64,000 nucleotides of DNA from Shigella phage SSE1: the sequence record MK639187, one strand, 5' to 3'. Below are positions 1-9,106 of this stretch, in pieces. Under the pieces are notes generated by a model. That model ran no database searches and was not told the DNA's origin. It worked only from the letters and a program-made list of their open reading frames with translations. Position 1 is the stretch's first letter. Every line of letters starts with the position of its first letter. Made by a program: the position numbers and the translations under genes.

Positions 1-411
1 CCTCGTTCGCCGTATGGTTGGTCGGGCACCGACAACTCTGAAGAAACATGGGAGTTCCTTGATAAGCATGGAATACTCTCAGGTAACTTCTACCATCACG
101 GCGACAACTATAATGTCCCTAATCGTCCTACAGTAAATGAAGACAAACTCCTTGAACAAAATATCTTAAGATACTATAGAATTGAGCACACATTTGAATT
201 GAGTGAAGATTGGGCTCAAGGGTTCTATTTTGGATTTGAAAGTGTTGACGCGGTTTATGCATGGTTTGATGACCAGGTGGATGTTGAACTCTTGAAAGCT
301 AAAGGATACTACATCGCGGTCTATGAAGCACCTGATTTCATCCTCGGAAGTTGTCAATTAATGTTTAGACGTTCATTGGCAGAACAAGTTGATTTTATTT
401 TGCTAAAATGA
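1..411 (+). CDS. hypothetical early protein, 5' end outside window
   Basis: Frame-1 reading frame is open from base 1 to the stop at 409-411 (the track shows only its last 70 aa from an internal Met); no recognisable motif. Confidence 0.4.
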   Translation, partial: PRSPYGWSGTDNSEETWEFLDKHGILSGNFYHHGDNYNVPNRPTVNEDKLLEQNILRYYRIEHTFELSEDWAQGFYFGFESVDAVYAWFDDQVDVELLKAKGYYIAVYEAPDFILGSCQLMFRRSLAEQVDFILLK

Positions 412-440
412 TGTACAACAACTATGGTCTATGATACTAT
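412..440 (+). promoter_or_regulatory. sigma70-type early promoter (TGTACAA -35, TACTAT -10)
   Basis: -35/-10 pair with about 17 bp spacing followed by the conserved CCTATCAA element, upstream of the ATG at 469. Confidence 0.45.
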
Positions 441-468
441 AGACCTATCAAAACAAGAGGAGAATATT

Positions 469-696
469 ATGAAACGTCAAATCATTAAAAACGTAACTAC
501 TGATTCAAACATCGATGAGTTTGAAGATGTTCTGTTTAATCCTGATTTAGTTGTTGTACAGAAAAACTGGACCGAATTTTTATGCTACACTGAAGTGGTT
601 TACGTTTACGAAAAACTCGGCGATGAAATGCCTATCTATGGTATCTTCCGTGAAATCACTGAAAACGGTACAACTTATTGGAAGGAAACTTACTAA
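469..696 (+). CDS. hypothetical small early protein
   Basis: ATG at 469 preceded by AGGAG; the track ORF 424..696 begins inside the promoter, so the internal Met is preferred; stop overlaps next ATG (TAATG). Confidence 0.45.
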   Translation: MKRQIIKNVTTDSNIDEFEDVLFNPDLVVVQKNWTEFLCYTEVVYVYEKLGDEMPIYGIFREITENGTTYWKETY

Positions 697-1109
697 TGGC
701 TAATAAATTCCGCGTTAACTCATGGTACCAATTTATAGATAAACGTGCCCAAGAAGAGTTTATTAAAGACCACACTGATAATGGGATTTATGCACGACGT
801 CTTGGCATGGAACCGTTTAAAGTATTAGATGTTGACCATCTTGGTCGTCCTACTAAAATTGTGACATCTACTGGCACGGTTGGATACGCAACAGGCGGTG
901 ATATCCTTGATGAAAACTTTATCTGGCTCTCCACGAATGAAGCAGAGTTCTTTGACGAAGTTGAAAATCCATATCTAGCGTCCGAAGAGCAAGATTCTGG
1001 TGAACTTGACGAATTGTCTGAATTTCCGGTGATGACGATTACTATCGAAAATAACGACCAGGCATGGTCTTTGTATCAAATGTTGAAAGCCCACTTTAAG
1101 GAACAATAA
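696..1109 (+). CDS. hypothetical early protein
   Basis: ATG at 696 overlapping upstream stop; track ORF 678..1109 starts at an upstream TTG. Confidence 0.45.
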   Translation: MANKFRVNSWYQFIDKRAQEEFIKDHTDNGIYARRLGMEPFKVLDVDHLGRPTKIVTSTGTVGYATGGDILDENFIWLSTNEAEFFDEVENPYLASEEQDSGELDELSEFPVMTITIENNDQAWSLYQMLKAHFKEQ

Positions 1110-1288
1110 TGCCGTTATACGACTATAAATGTCAATCTGAAGATTGTGGTCATGAATATGAAAAAATTAAAAGGATTTCTGAACGAGAAAACGATGTTTG
1201 CCCTGAATGTCATCGTCTGTCTACTCGTCGGGTTTCTGCTCCTAAACATGTGAACGGTGGTTTTTACGACTTACTTAAGAAGGGTTAA
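1109..1288 (+). CDS. small zinc-ribbon protein (CxxC...CxxC, FmdB-like)
   Basis: 59-aa ORF below the track cutoff: [19 protein letters not shown]...CPECHRL; two CxxC pairs; ATG overlaps upstream stop. Confidence 0.5.
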   Translation: MPLYDYKCQSEDCGHEYEKIKRISERENDVCPECHRLSTRRVSAPKHVNGGFYDLLKKG

Positions 1289-1290
1289 TT

Positions 1291-1716
1291 ATGGCTTTTA
1301 AAGGTTTTGAAGTTGGTAAGAAATATCGTATTATCAAAGGACAGGAAGATAATTTCTTGAGAATTCTTAATACGACTGGTAAGCGTCTTAATACTAATCT
1401 GCATACTACTTTATTGTCCAAAGATTTTATTGTGGAAGAGATGATTGGTTACGGCGTTTCGGTTATTGCTGTAGAAGCCGTAGGCGATTATGGCCGAACT
1501 ATTCATAGTATGCAAGGTGATATTCTGATTTATGGTGCAGAATTTAAATTCTTTGAAGAAGTTCCGGAACCAGATACAGCTGTCGATTTCAAAAAAGGCT
1601 CTATAGAATTTGTTGATGGTTCGGTGATCGTATCAGGCGATGTGGTCATTACAGTTAAAAGTGAACAAGGGCGTTTAGCTGCAATTGATGCACTTCAGAA
1701 AATTAAATTTAAATAA
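1291..1716 (+). CDS. hypothetical early protein
   Basis: 141-aa ORF immediately upstream of gp39, followed by a terminator hairpin. Confidence 0.5.
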   Translation: MAFKGFEVGKKYRIIKGQEDNFLRILNTTGKRLNTNLHTTLLSKDFIVEEMIGYGVSVIAVEAVGDYGRTIHSMQGDILIYGAEFKFFEEVPEPDTAVDFKKGSIEFVDGSVIVSGDVVITVKSEQGRLAAIDALQKIKFK

Positions 1717-1735
1717 GGGCTTCGGCCCTTTTTGC
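1717..1735 (+). terminator. intrinsic terminator, UUCG tetraloop hairpin
   Basis: GGGCTTCGGCCC followed by TTTTT. Confidence 0.7.
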
Positions 1736-1757
1736 TTTAGATTTCGGATGATAGAAT
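1733..1757 (+). promoter_or_regulatory. candidate MotA-dependent middle promoter for gene 39
   Basis: TGCTTTA (MotA-box-like) at 1733-1739 and TAGAAT at 1752-1757, 12 bp apart, about 25 nt upstream of the gp39 start. Confidence 0.45.
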
Positions 1758-1779
1758 ACCTTCATAACGAGGAGACAAC

Positions 1780-3597
1780 ATGATTAAAAATGAAATTAAG
1801 GTATTGTCAGATGTAGAACATATTAAGAAACGAAGTGGCATGTATATTGGTTCTTCAGCCAAAGAAGCCCACGAGCGTTTTTTGTTTGGTAAATATCAAC
1901 AAGTTGAATATGTTCCTGGTCTGGTTAAATTAATCGATGAGATTATTGACAACTCGGTTGATGAAGCTATTCGTACATCATTTAAGTTTGCAAATAAAAT
2001 TGATGTGCAAATTAAAAATAATCAAGTTTCAGTGGAAGATAACGGACGTGGTATTCCTCAAGGTTTAGTTACCGACCAAACAGGTGAACAAATTCCTGGG
2101 CCTGTAGCAGCCTGGACTATTCCAAAGGCTGGTGGTAACTTTGGCGATGACTCTGAACGCAAGACTGGTGGTATGAACGGCGTCGGGAGTAGTTTAACTA
2201 ATATCTTCTCTACGTTGTTTACAGGCATCACGTCAGATGGCGAAAATGAAATCACTGTTAACTGTTCAAACGGAATGGAAAACAAATCATGGTCTTCTAA
2301 GAAATCTAAAGGTAAAGGCACTAAAGTAATCTTCACTCCTGATTTCACTTCATTTGAAGAGCATAATTTATCTCAAATTTATTTAGATATTACTTTAGAC
2401 CGACTTCAAACATTGGCAGTCGTTTATCCTGACATCAAGTTCACATTTAATGGTAAAAAGGTTGATGGTAATTTTAAACGATTTGCTAAACAATTTGGTG
2501 AAGATAACATCATTCAAGAAAATGATAAAGTCTCTATAGCATTCACAACATCACCAGATGGCTTCCGTCATTTAACTTATGTGAATAACATCCATACTAA
2601 AAATGGTGGTCATCATGTTGAATGCGTAATGGATGATATCTGCGAACATCTTTTGCCAGGTATTAAAAAGAAATATAAGGGTATTGAAGTCACTAAAGCT
2701 CGTGTTAAAGAATGTCTCACAATGTTGATGTTTATTAGAGACATGAGCAATATGCGTTTTGATTCTCAGACTAAAGAACGTTTAACGTCAACGTATGGTG
2801 ATATTCGTAATCATATCCAATTAGATGCTAAGAAAATTGCTCAGGCACTTCTTAAAAACGAAGCCTTGATTATGCCTATTGTTGAAGCAGCATTAGCTCG
2901 TAAATTGGCGGCAGAAAAGGCTGCGGAAACTAAAGCAGCTAAAAAGGCAACTAAAGCTAAGGTTCATAAGCATATTAAAGCTAACCAATGTGGTAAAGAC
3001 GCAGATACGACATTGTTCTTAACAGAAGGTGATTCGGCAATTGGTTATCTCATTGATGTTCGTGACCGTGAACTACACGGCGGATTCCCATTACGTGGTA
3101 AGGTGATGAATAGCTGGGGTATGTCGTATGCTGATATGATGAAGAACAAAGAGCTCTTTGATATCTGTGCTATCACAGGTCTTATTCTTGGTGAAAAGGC
3201 AGAGAATACGAACTATCGTAATATTGCAATTATGACCGATGCCGATCATGATGGTCTTGGAAGTATTTATCCGGCTTTGCTTGCTTTCTTTAGTAATTGG
3301 CCCGAATTGTTCGAACAAGGACGTATTCGCTTTGTTAAAACGCCTGTAATTATTGCACAAATTGGCAAAACTCAAAAATGGTTTTATACTGTAGCTGAGT
3401 ATGAAGAAGTTAAAGATACACTGCCTAAGCATAGTATTCGATACATCAAGGGATTGGGCTCCCTTGAAAAGTCAGAATATCGTGAAATGATTCAGAATCC
3501 TGTGTACGACGTAGTTAAACTTCCTGAAAATTGGAAAGAACTCTTTGAAATGTTGTTGGGTGATGATTCAGAACTTCGTAAAGAATGGATGTCCTAA
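1780..3597 (+). CDS. 39: DNA topoisomerase II large subunit (GyrB-like ATPase), unsplit form
   Basis: 605 aa; N-terminus MIKNEIKVLSDVEHIKKRSGMYIGS with GHKL ATPase motifs and a toprim-like C-terminal region; recalled T2-type gp39 is also 605 aa whereas T4 splits this gene into 39 and 60. Confidence 0.93.
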   Translation: MIKNEIKVLSDVEHIKKRSGMYIGSSAKEAHERFLFGKYQQVEYVPGLVKLIDEIIDNSVDEAIRTSFKFANKIDVQIKNNQVSVEDNGRGIPQGLVTDQTGEQIPGPVAAWTIPKAGGNFGDDSERKTGGMNGVGSSLTNIFSTLFTGITSDGENEITVNCSNGMENKSWSSKKSKGKGTKVIFTPDFTSFEEHNLSQIYLDITLDRLQTLAVVYPDIKFTFNGKKVDGNFKRFAKQFGEDNIIQENDKVSIAFTTSPDGFRHLTYVNNIHTKNGGHHVECVMDDICEHLLPGIKKKYKGIEVTKARVKECLTMLMFIRDMSNMRFDSQTKERLTSTYGDIRNHIQLDAKKIAQALLKNEALIMPIVEAALARKLAAEKAAETKAAKKATKAKVHKHIKANQCGKDADTTLFLTEGDSAIGYLIDVRDRELHGGFPLRGKVMNSWGMSYADMMKNKELFDICAITGLILGEKAENTNYRNIAIMTDADHDGLGSIYPALLAFFSNWPELFEQGRIRFVKTPVIIAQIGKTQKWFYTVAEYEEVKDTLPKHSIRYIKGLGSLEKSEYREMIQNPVYDVVKLPENWKELFEMLLGDDSELRKEWMS

Positions 3598-3625
3598 GCT
3601 CCTTCGGGAGCTTCATTTTAATTTT
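3597..3625 (+). terminator. UUCG-loop hairpin, weak terminator or RNA stability element
   Basis: AAGCTCCTTCGGGAGCTT followed by an interrupted T-run (CATTTTAATTTT). Confidence 0.4.
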
Positions 3626-3639
3626 AATAAGGCTTAATT

Positions 3640-4740
3640 ATGAAAGTTATGTTTATCCCATCTCGTGCAGTCCCATTTAATCCTGACCGTGTACAAGGTG
3701 GCCTTGAAGCAGTACATTTAAATGTGTTGAAATATCTTGTGTCCATCGGTGCTGATATTGATTATATCGGCTTTGATAATGACACGTTTGGTGACTGGAA
3801 AGTTACACACCATCCTGTTGGTCATCTGGCTAAATTCAGTCTAGGTATGAGTTATACTATGGCTCGTAAGATTGTTGAACTAGCCAGCATTAATGAATAC
3901 GATTTCGTTGTTACAATGGAACCGACCAAACTAACGGTCCAAGCAATTAAAGATGCTGGACTCTCTAAAGTTCATAAGAATTTTATGGCTACACCGTTTG
4001 AACCGGTGTCTCGTGGTATTGTTCAAATTTGGGATCAGACTATCCAGATTCACAAGAACGGTGGGAAGAGCTATGCTCCTACTAAAGCATTCCGTGAATT
4101 TGAACGTAAATATTGTCATATGACTTCAGCTCTTACTGACAAAATTGATTATGACTACTGGCGTGAAAATCCATTATTTGAACCTGATGACTACCCGGTT
4201 ATTTGTTTGAATGAAAAACCTGAAGTTCTTCCGGCAACTGAGTTGATTATTAGTGCTCAACGTTATGACACTAAGATGCGTCGCACTGATGTTGCTCTTG
4301 AAGCAATTAAAGCACTAGGCGAAAATGGTATTGGTTATTGTCCAAGCAAATGGGCACCACCAGCTAAATATCCTGTTATTATTGATGCTCCACACAGTGA
4401 AATCATGGAACGTCTTAAAACAGCTAAAGCACTTATTAATACATGCCCTGACACAGGTACGGTAGAGAATAGTTCTATTGAAGCTATCTCTAAAGGTGTC
4501 CCCGTAATCCAGTTAGTTTTTAAGGATTATCCTCATGCGACATTCGAATACGACCCAGATACTGTGCGTGTAGAAATTGATTCCTCTACTCCTAAGAAAG
4601 AAGTAGTTGCGCTTTACACAAAAGCTGTATTAGAATTCACTGACACATACGAAGCTCGAGTTAAACGTGCTGAAGCAGTATGGAAGAAGTATAACCGAGA
4701 TGCAGTTGTTGCGATGTGGGATAAAATCTTCACAGCGTAA
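3640..4740 (+). CDS. GT-B fold glycosyltransferase (GT4-like); candidate DNA hydroxymethylcytosine sugar transferase
   Basis: 366 aa; N-terminal MKVMFIPS...GGLEAV resembles the Rossmann start of GT-B enzymes; C-terminal TGTVENSSIEAISKGVPVI matches the GT4 donor-binding motif; sits between gp39 and rIIA. Confidence 0.6.
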   Translation: MKVMFIPSRAVPFNPDRVQGGLEAVHLNVLKYLVSIGADIDYIGFDNDTFGDWKVTHHPVGHLAKFSLGMSYTMARKIVELASINEYDFVVTMEPTKLTVQAIKDAGLSKVHKNFMATPFEPVSRGIVQIWDQTIQIHKNGGKSYAPTKAFREFERKYCHMTSALTDKIDYDYWRENPLFEPDDYPVICLNEKPEVLPATELIISAQRYDTKMRRTDVALEAIKALGENGIGYCPSKWAPPAKYPVIIDAPHSEIMERLKTAKALINTCPDTGTVENSSIEAISKGVPVIQLVFKDYPHATFEYDPDTVRVEIDSSTPKKEVVALYTKAVLEFTDTYEARVKRAEAVWKKYNRDAVVAMWDKIFTA

Positions 4741-4751
4741 ATCCTGAATAG

Positions 4752-4812
4752 CCTGAGGCACTATTACACATAAGATGATAGATTATATGGTCTTTAGTAA
4801 TAGTGCCCTAGG
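4752..4812. repeat. inverted repeat, 15-bp arms with 31-bp spacer
   Basis: CCTGAGGCACTATTA (4752-4766) pairs with TAATAGTGCCCTAGG (4798-4812), 13 of 15 complementary. Confidence 0.6.
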
Positions 4813-4832
4813 AATCTACTGAAGAGAATATT

Positions 4833-5033
4833 ATGAGAACATATAACGTGGACTTGGACCTTTTTGATAAAGCGGTGCTCCGGGAATTCCGGCTTATCCA
4901 AAGATTTTTTGATATCGAGTCGGCAGAGTCCTTTAAAGAACGCTTTAAAGAAATTCGATATAAAATACAAACCGATACAGCTACTAAAGAAGAACTTCTT
5001 GAAGTAGCAGAAATTTTTAAACGTAACTTGTGA
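4833..5033 (+). CDS. hypothetical small protein (rIIA.1 position)
   Basis: 66-aa ORF immediately upstream of rIIA. Confidence 0.45.
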   Translation: MRTYNVDLDLFDKAVLREFRLIQRFFDIESAESFKERFKEIRYKIQTDTATKEELLEVAEIFKRNL

Positions 5034-5045
5034 TGAGAGAAAAAT

Positions 5046-7259
5046 ATGATTATTGAAACGGCTAAAGAAACGATTATTGGTTCAGGCGGTAAGAGCACAG
5101 CATTTACTATTCAAGGCAATAGCAAAGTTTATAAGATTTTGTCTAATGACCTTTATACAAACAAAGAATTGGCTTGTGTACGTGAATTAATCACAAACTG
5201 TATCGATGGTCAAATTCTTAATGGTTGCACTGATAAGTTTATTGTTCAGGCTCCAGGTCGTTTAGACCCACGTTTTGTAGTTCGAGACTTTGGTCCTGGT
5301 ATGAGTGATTTCACCATTCGAGGTAATGACGAAGAGCCAGGAATCTATAACTCATATTTTGCTTCAACTAAAACATCGAGTAACGATTTCATTGGTGGAT
5401 TCGGTCTCGGCTCTAAAGCTCCACTAGCATATACCGATACGTTTAACCTTACGTCTTATCACAATGGTGAAGTTCGTGGTTATGTAATCTACCAAGATGA
5501 CACAGGTCCACAGATTAAGCCGACCTTTGTAGATAAGATGGGTCCTGATGACCGTACGGGTGTAGAAGTAGTTGTACCGGTTAACCCGGAAGATTTTGAA
5601 AAGTTTGCATCCGAAATTGCATATGTTATGCGTCCTCTAGGTGATATTGCAGAAGTTCGTGGTGTTAAAGATATTAAATACTTCCCAGAATTTGATGATG
5701 TATATTTGGCCAAGGAAGCTCCATGGGGTGAACGTGGTAATATCATGGCTGTTTATGGCGGTATTGTATATCCAATCGGAAGTGTTATTAAAGAACAAAC
5801 ATGGATGATGACACGATGCACTACAGCTTATATTAAATTCCCAATGGGTGAACTAGATGTTGCTCCGTCTCGCGAAGCATTGTCATTTGATAAACGTACA
5901 GTAGCAAATATCCATAAACGCGTTGCAGAAATCGATGCTAAATTGTTCGCTGAAGATTCTAAGAAATGGATTGATTGTAAATACCCACGACATGTGTTCC
6001 GCGAAATTGATTCTCTTGGCTATACCGCTCGTAAATACATGGAAAAGGCTGGGTCTAATATTGAATCACTGAAATACTCTAAAGAACAACTAACTTATTC
6101 TGAGTTGTACAAACGTTTTAAAATGGGACCTGAGTGGTGTAATCTTGGTGTCGTATACGATATCGTTGAATCCCCTCGTCTTCGTCGTATTCGTGAAAGT
6201 GGTAGCTCATCATCAACCATTTCAATTAACAGCCTGATTGGCATTAACATTAAAAACGTTGAAATTGTTATTGACGATGTTAAGGGACGCGTTCCATTAA
6301 TGCGAGCTCTTAATTCAATTGAAATGTCTAAAGACGAGGTTAAATTATCCGGTAAAGTTCCACGCGGTTTTGGTAAAAGCGTACTATTCGTTGACCCTAC
6401 AGACGAAGACGCAATGAAACTTCTGGAACGCCTTAAAGTTATCTTTGATGGCGACAACATTAACATGTACAAGACTTCAGAGCTTTTACAAATCGTTAAG
6501 CCATGGATTGAAGTCAGGAAACGGACTAATGAGCCTCGTCCTAAATCCCCGAGTGCTCATCGATTCTTTAAGAATGAAAACGATGTTTGGGTATCAGAAG
6601 ACCTCTTTATTCCGGCAAGTGAAGCAGATGAAATCCAAGGTTATGCTATAGTTCGTAATCGTTCTAATGCTGAATGTCTTGACGCAGATAAAGGTTGGTT
6701 GAACTATGACTCCAATTTCTTGACCCGTATTGCTGATTTGTCAGGTATTAAAGAGTTCACTGTAGTTCGTCCACAGATTGCTAAGAAAGTTCGTAAACTT
6801 GGTGAAGTAGAATGCTTGTTCGAAAAATCAATTAACGACTATATTACGCTAATTGATAAAGTGGATTATGATGAGTATGTATCACCAAGTCGTAGAGCAC
6901 AGCCTTATTTGAATCATATTACTCGTAATGAAGAGCTTAACTTCCTTAGTAAGTATTTTAGCTCTAAAAACAAAGAAATCAGTAAAGATTTTGCAAAACT
7001 CTCAACAGTAAATAATCGTTGGGGATGGAATCGATTCGCAGGTGCTACTAATACAGACCTGAATAAGAAGTTAGAATTGTGTGCTAAAATTTTCGATAAG
7101 CTTAAAGATAATGCTTACGATAATGATGATAAAATGGTTATTGAATTCGAAACCAATTATCATATTGTGTCAGAATACATGGGACGACGTGGTACTCTTT
7201 CCAAAGAACAGGTCGCTCAAATCGTTAAATTCATGAAGGCCGTGGAAGCGGCCAAATAA
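5046..7259 (+). CDS. rIIA: rIIA protein (GHKL-type ATPase, lysis inhibition/RexAB sensitivity)
   Basis: 737 aa; N-terminus MIIETAKETIIGSGGKS...SNDLYTNK...VRELITN and length match T4 rIIA (725 aa) as recalled. Confidence 0.9.
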   Translation: MIIETAKETIIGSGGKSTAFTIQGNSKVYKILSNDLYTNKELACVRELITNCIDGQILNGCTDKFIVQAPGRLDPRFVVRDFGPGMSDFTIRGNDEEPGIYNSYFASTKTSSNDFIGGFGLGSKAPLAYTDTFNLTSYHNGEVRGYVIYQDDTGPQIKPTFVDKMGPDDRTGVEVVVPVNPEDFEKFASEIAYVMRPLGDIAEVRGVKDIKYFPEFDDVYLAKEAPWGERGNIMAVYGGIVYPIGSVIKEQTWMMTRCTTAYIKFPMGELDVAPSREALSFDKRTVANIHKRVAEIDAKLFAEDSKKWIDCKYPRHVFREIDSLGYTARKYMEKAGSNIESLKYSKEQLTYSELYKRFKMGPEWCNLGVVYDIVESPRLRRIRESGSSSSTISINSLIGINIKNVEIVIDDVKGRVPLMRALNSIEMSKDEVKLSGKVPRGFGKSVLFVDPTDEDAMKLLERLKVIFDGDNINMYKTSELLQIVKPWIEVRKRTNEPRPKSPSAHRFFKNENDVWVSEDLFIPASEADEIQGYAIVRNRSNAECLDADKGWLNYDSNFLTRIADLSGIKEFTVVRPQIAKKVRKLGEVECLFEKSINDYITLIDKVDYDEYVSPSRRAQPYLNHITRNEELNFLSKYFSSKNKEISKDFAKLSTVNNRWGWNRFAGATNTDLNKKLELCAKIFDKLKDNAYDNDDKMVIEFETNYHIVSEYMGRRGTLSKEQVAQIVKFMKAVEAAK

Positions 7260-7268
7260 GGAAACATT

Positions 7269-8216
7269 ATGTACAATATTAAATGCTTGTCCCAAGAAGA
7301 ACAGTTAGAAGCTTACGGCCTGGTTGAATCAGGCAAATGGACTCGTAAAGAAATTGCCGATTACTTCGACATTTCAACAGATACTCTTCGTAAGATTGTT
7401 AAGAATTTTAAAGCAGAAGGCGTTGTCCCTGAAGCAAACGATGCCTCTTATGTAATCGAAGAAGTTCCAGAAAATGATGAACCTATTATCGGCGGACATC
7501 GTCCTGAAATCGTATGGAACGCGTCATCTAAATTTATTTCAATTATTGAAGGACGCGTAGCATACAATGCGACTCCATCAAGTCATGCAAATTTTGAAGA
7601 AATTAAAGCTAATCTGGTCGCAGGAAACCTTAGTAAAGCTGTCGAACTTATTAACATCAAGAAAGCTATTAGTAAGTTTGTTGACGGTAATGTTGTTATT
7701 GAAGGTGGTAGTTTATTTTATCAAGGTATAGAGATTCGTTCTGGCCTGGTTAATCGTATTATTGATTCTATGGAAAAAGGCGAAGACTTTAAATTCTATC
7801 TACCGTTCCTTGAAAACCTGTTAGAAAACCCAAGCGAAAAAGCTGTACAACGTTTATTCGACTTCTTGGTTGCAAATGATATTGAAATCACTGAAGATGG
7901 GCATTTCTACGCGTGGAAAGTAGTTCGTAAAGATTATTTAGATTGCTATAGCGGTACATTTGATAACTCACCAGGTAAAGTTGTTTCAATGCCTCGTACT
8001 CGTGTTAACGATGATGATACACAAACCTGCTCCCGTGGTCTACATGTTTGCGCTAAATCGTATATTCGTTACTTTGGTTCTAGCTCAGATAAAGTTGTTA
8101 AGGTTAAAGTTCATCCACGTGATGTTGTATCTATCCCAGTTGACTATGGCGATGCTAAGATGCGTACTTGTCGTTATGAAGTAATTTCAGACGTTACTGA
8201 ATTATTTGCAGAATAA
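7269..8216 (+). CDS. rIIB: rIIB protein
   Basis: 315 aa directly downstream of rIIA; T4 rIIB is 312 aa. Confidence 0.85.
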   Translation: MYNIKCLSQEEQLEAYGLVESGKWTRKEIADYFDISTDTLRKIVKNFKAEGVVPEANDASYVIEEVPENDEPIIGGHRPEIVWNASSKFISIIEGRVAYNATPSSHANFEEIKANLVAGNLSKAVELINIKKAISKFVDGNVVIEGGSLFYQGIEIRSGLVNRIIDSMEKGEDFKFYLPFLENLLENPSEKAVQRLFDFLVANDIEITEDGHFYAWKVVRKDYLDCYSGTFDNSPGKVVSMPRTRVNDDDTQTCSRGLHVCAKSYIRYFGSSSDKVVKVKVHPRDVVSIPVDYGDAKMRTCRYEVISDVTELFAE

Positions 8217-8221
8217 TAATT

Positions 8222-8244
8222 GGGGACTTCGGTCCCCTTTTTTC
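8222..8244 (+). terminator. intrinsic terminator, UUCG tetraloop hairpin
   Basis: GGGGACTTCGGTCCCC followed by TTTTTT. Confidence 0.75.
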
Positions 8245-8257
8245 TTTAGGGGTAATT

Positions 8258-8545
8258 ATGATTCATCCATTTGACGTATCAGAATCCAAAATTGCTAATC
8301 TTCGTGGTCATCATAAGTGTAAATCAGTTTATTGTGCTAAATTGGTAAAACATCCTGGCGATGCACACTATGGTTGGTTAGAATGCGACGAAGTTGTTAT
8401 TGAAATCCCACCGGTAGATGCAGAATATCTTGAAGAAGGTGACCGCATTTATTTTGGCGAACTACACATCAGAGGTATCTATGGTAAAGACGAACTTGGG
8501 ACTGTTGAGACTGAAGAATCTTCCGACATTTATCCTGTCGAATGA
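8258..8545 (+). CDS. hypothetical protein
   Basis: 95-aa ORF with AGGGG spacer before the ATG. Confidence 0.45.
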   Translation: MIHPFDVSESKIANLRGHHKCKSVYCAKLVKHPGDAHYGWLECDEVVIEIPPVDAEYLEEGDRIYFGELHIRGIYGKDELGTVETEESSDIYPVE

Positions 8546-8561
8546 GTTTTTGACTAGTGAA

Positions 8562-9038
8562 ATGAAGGTGAAGATTGCTGACACTGCTCGGTATTCCCTG
8601 AGCCAAAATCCTGACCAAAACAAAGAAGACGTTGTTCGACGTTGTAAGGTTGCAGTCTTTGCAGAGTATGTAGTAGCAAATTGGCTAGACGGATATGTTA
8701 ATAAAGGTAATGAAGACGTAGAAGACCCGTACACGTATGCATGGGACGTTTTAGCTCATCCTAAATACTGCGGGTTACGTGTCGAAGTCAAGACGCACCA
8801 GATCGATTCTAAATGGATTTCGGTTACCACAGGATACAGTGGTGATTATCCAGGTGGCAACGGAATCAACATAGGGCCCTTCTTGAATCATCGAGTCGCA
8901 GATTGCATTATTATATTAGATGTCAAAGAAACCTCACCTGACGTCTTCTCTTATTCTATAAAGTTCGTGGGAGACCATGAGGACCTAAAGAAAATCGTCC
9001 GCAAGAGCAACTACAACGGGTGGTATCTTCATCTTTAA
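8562..9038 (+). CDS. hypothetical protein (positional candidate for denB, unverified)
   Basis: 158 aa from the ATG at 8562 just after the upstream stop; the track ORF 8418..9038 overlaps 8258..8545 in another frame, so the internal Met is preferred. Confidence 0.35.
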   Translation: MKVKIADTARYSLSQNPDQNKEDVVRRCKVAVFAEYVVANWLDGYVNKGNEDVEDPYTYAWDVLAHPKYCGLRVEVKTHQIDSKWISVTTGYSGDYPGGNGINIGPFLNHRVADCIIILDVKETSPDVFSYSIKFVGDHEDLKKIVRKSNYNGWYLHL

Positions 9039-9050
9039 TTTCATAAAAGT

Positions 9051-9087
9051 GTTTACAACTAAGTAGGACTATGATATAGTAGTCCTA
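9051..9087 (+). promoter_or_regulatory. early promoter (GTTTACA -35, TATAGT -10) with inverted repeat around the -10
   Basis: GTTTAC 9051-9056, TATAGT 9075-9080; TAGGACTA 9064-9071 pairs with TAGTCCTA 9080-9087. Confidence 0.55.
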
Positions 9088-9106
9088 TCTAAAAGAGGAT
9101 AACATT

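Noticed and set aside
424-468. Track start of ORF 424..696 and similar upstream GTG/TTG starts (678, 12060, 30054, 31902, 34847, 43167, 59806)
   Set aside because: These starts fall inside promoters, terminator hairpins or the preceding gene. Internal ATGs with ribosome-binding sites reproduce the expected protein N-termini and lengths, so the upstream extensions were trimmed.
8418-8545. Alternative-frame 206-aa ORF 8418..9038 overlapping ORF 8258..8545
   Set aside because: The overlapping N-terminal portion is hydrophobic low-complexity with no start context; the ATG at 8562 just after the upstream stop is the more plausible start.
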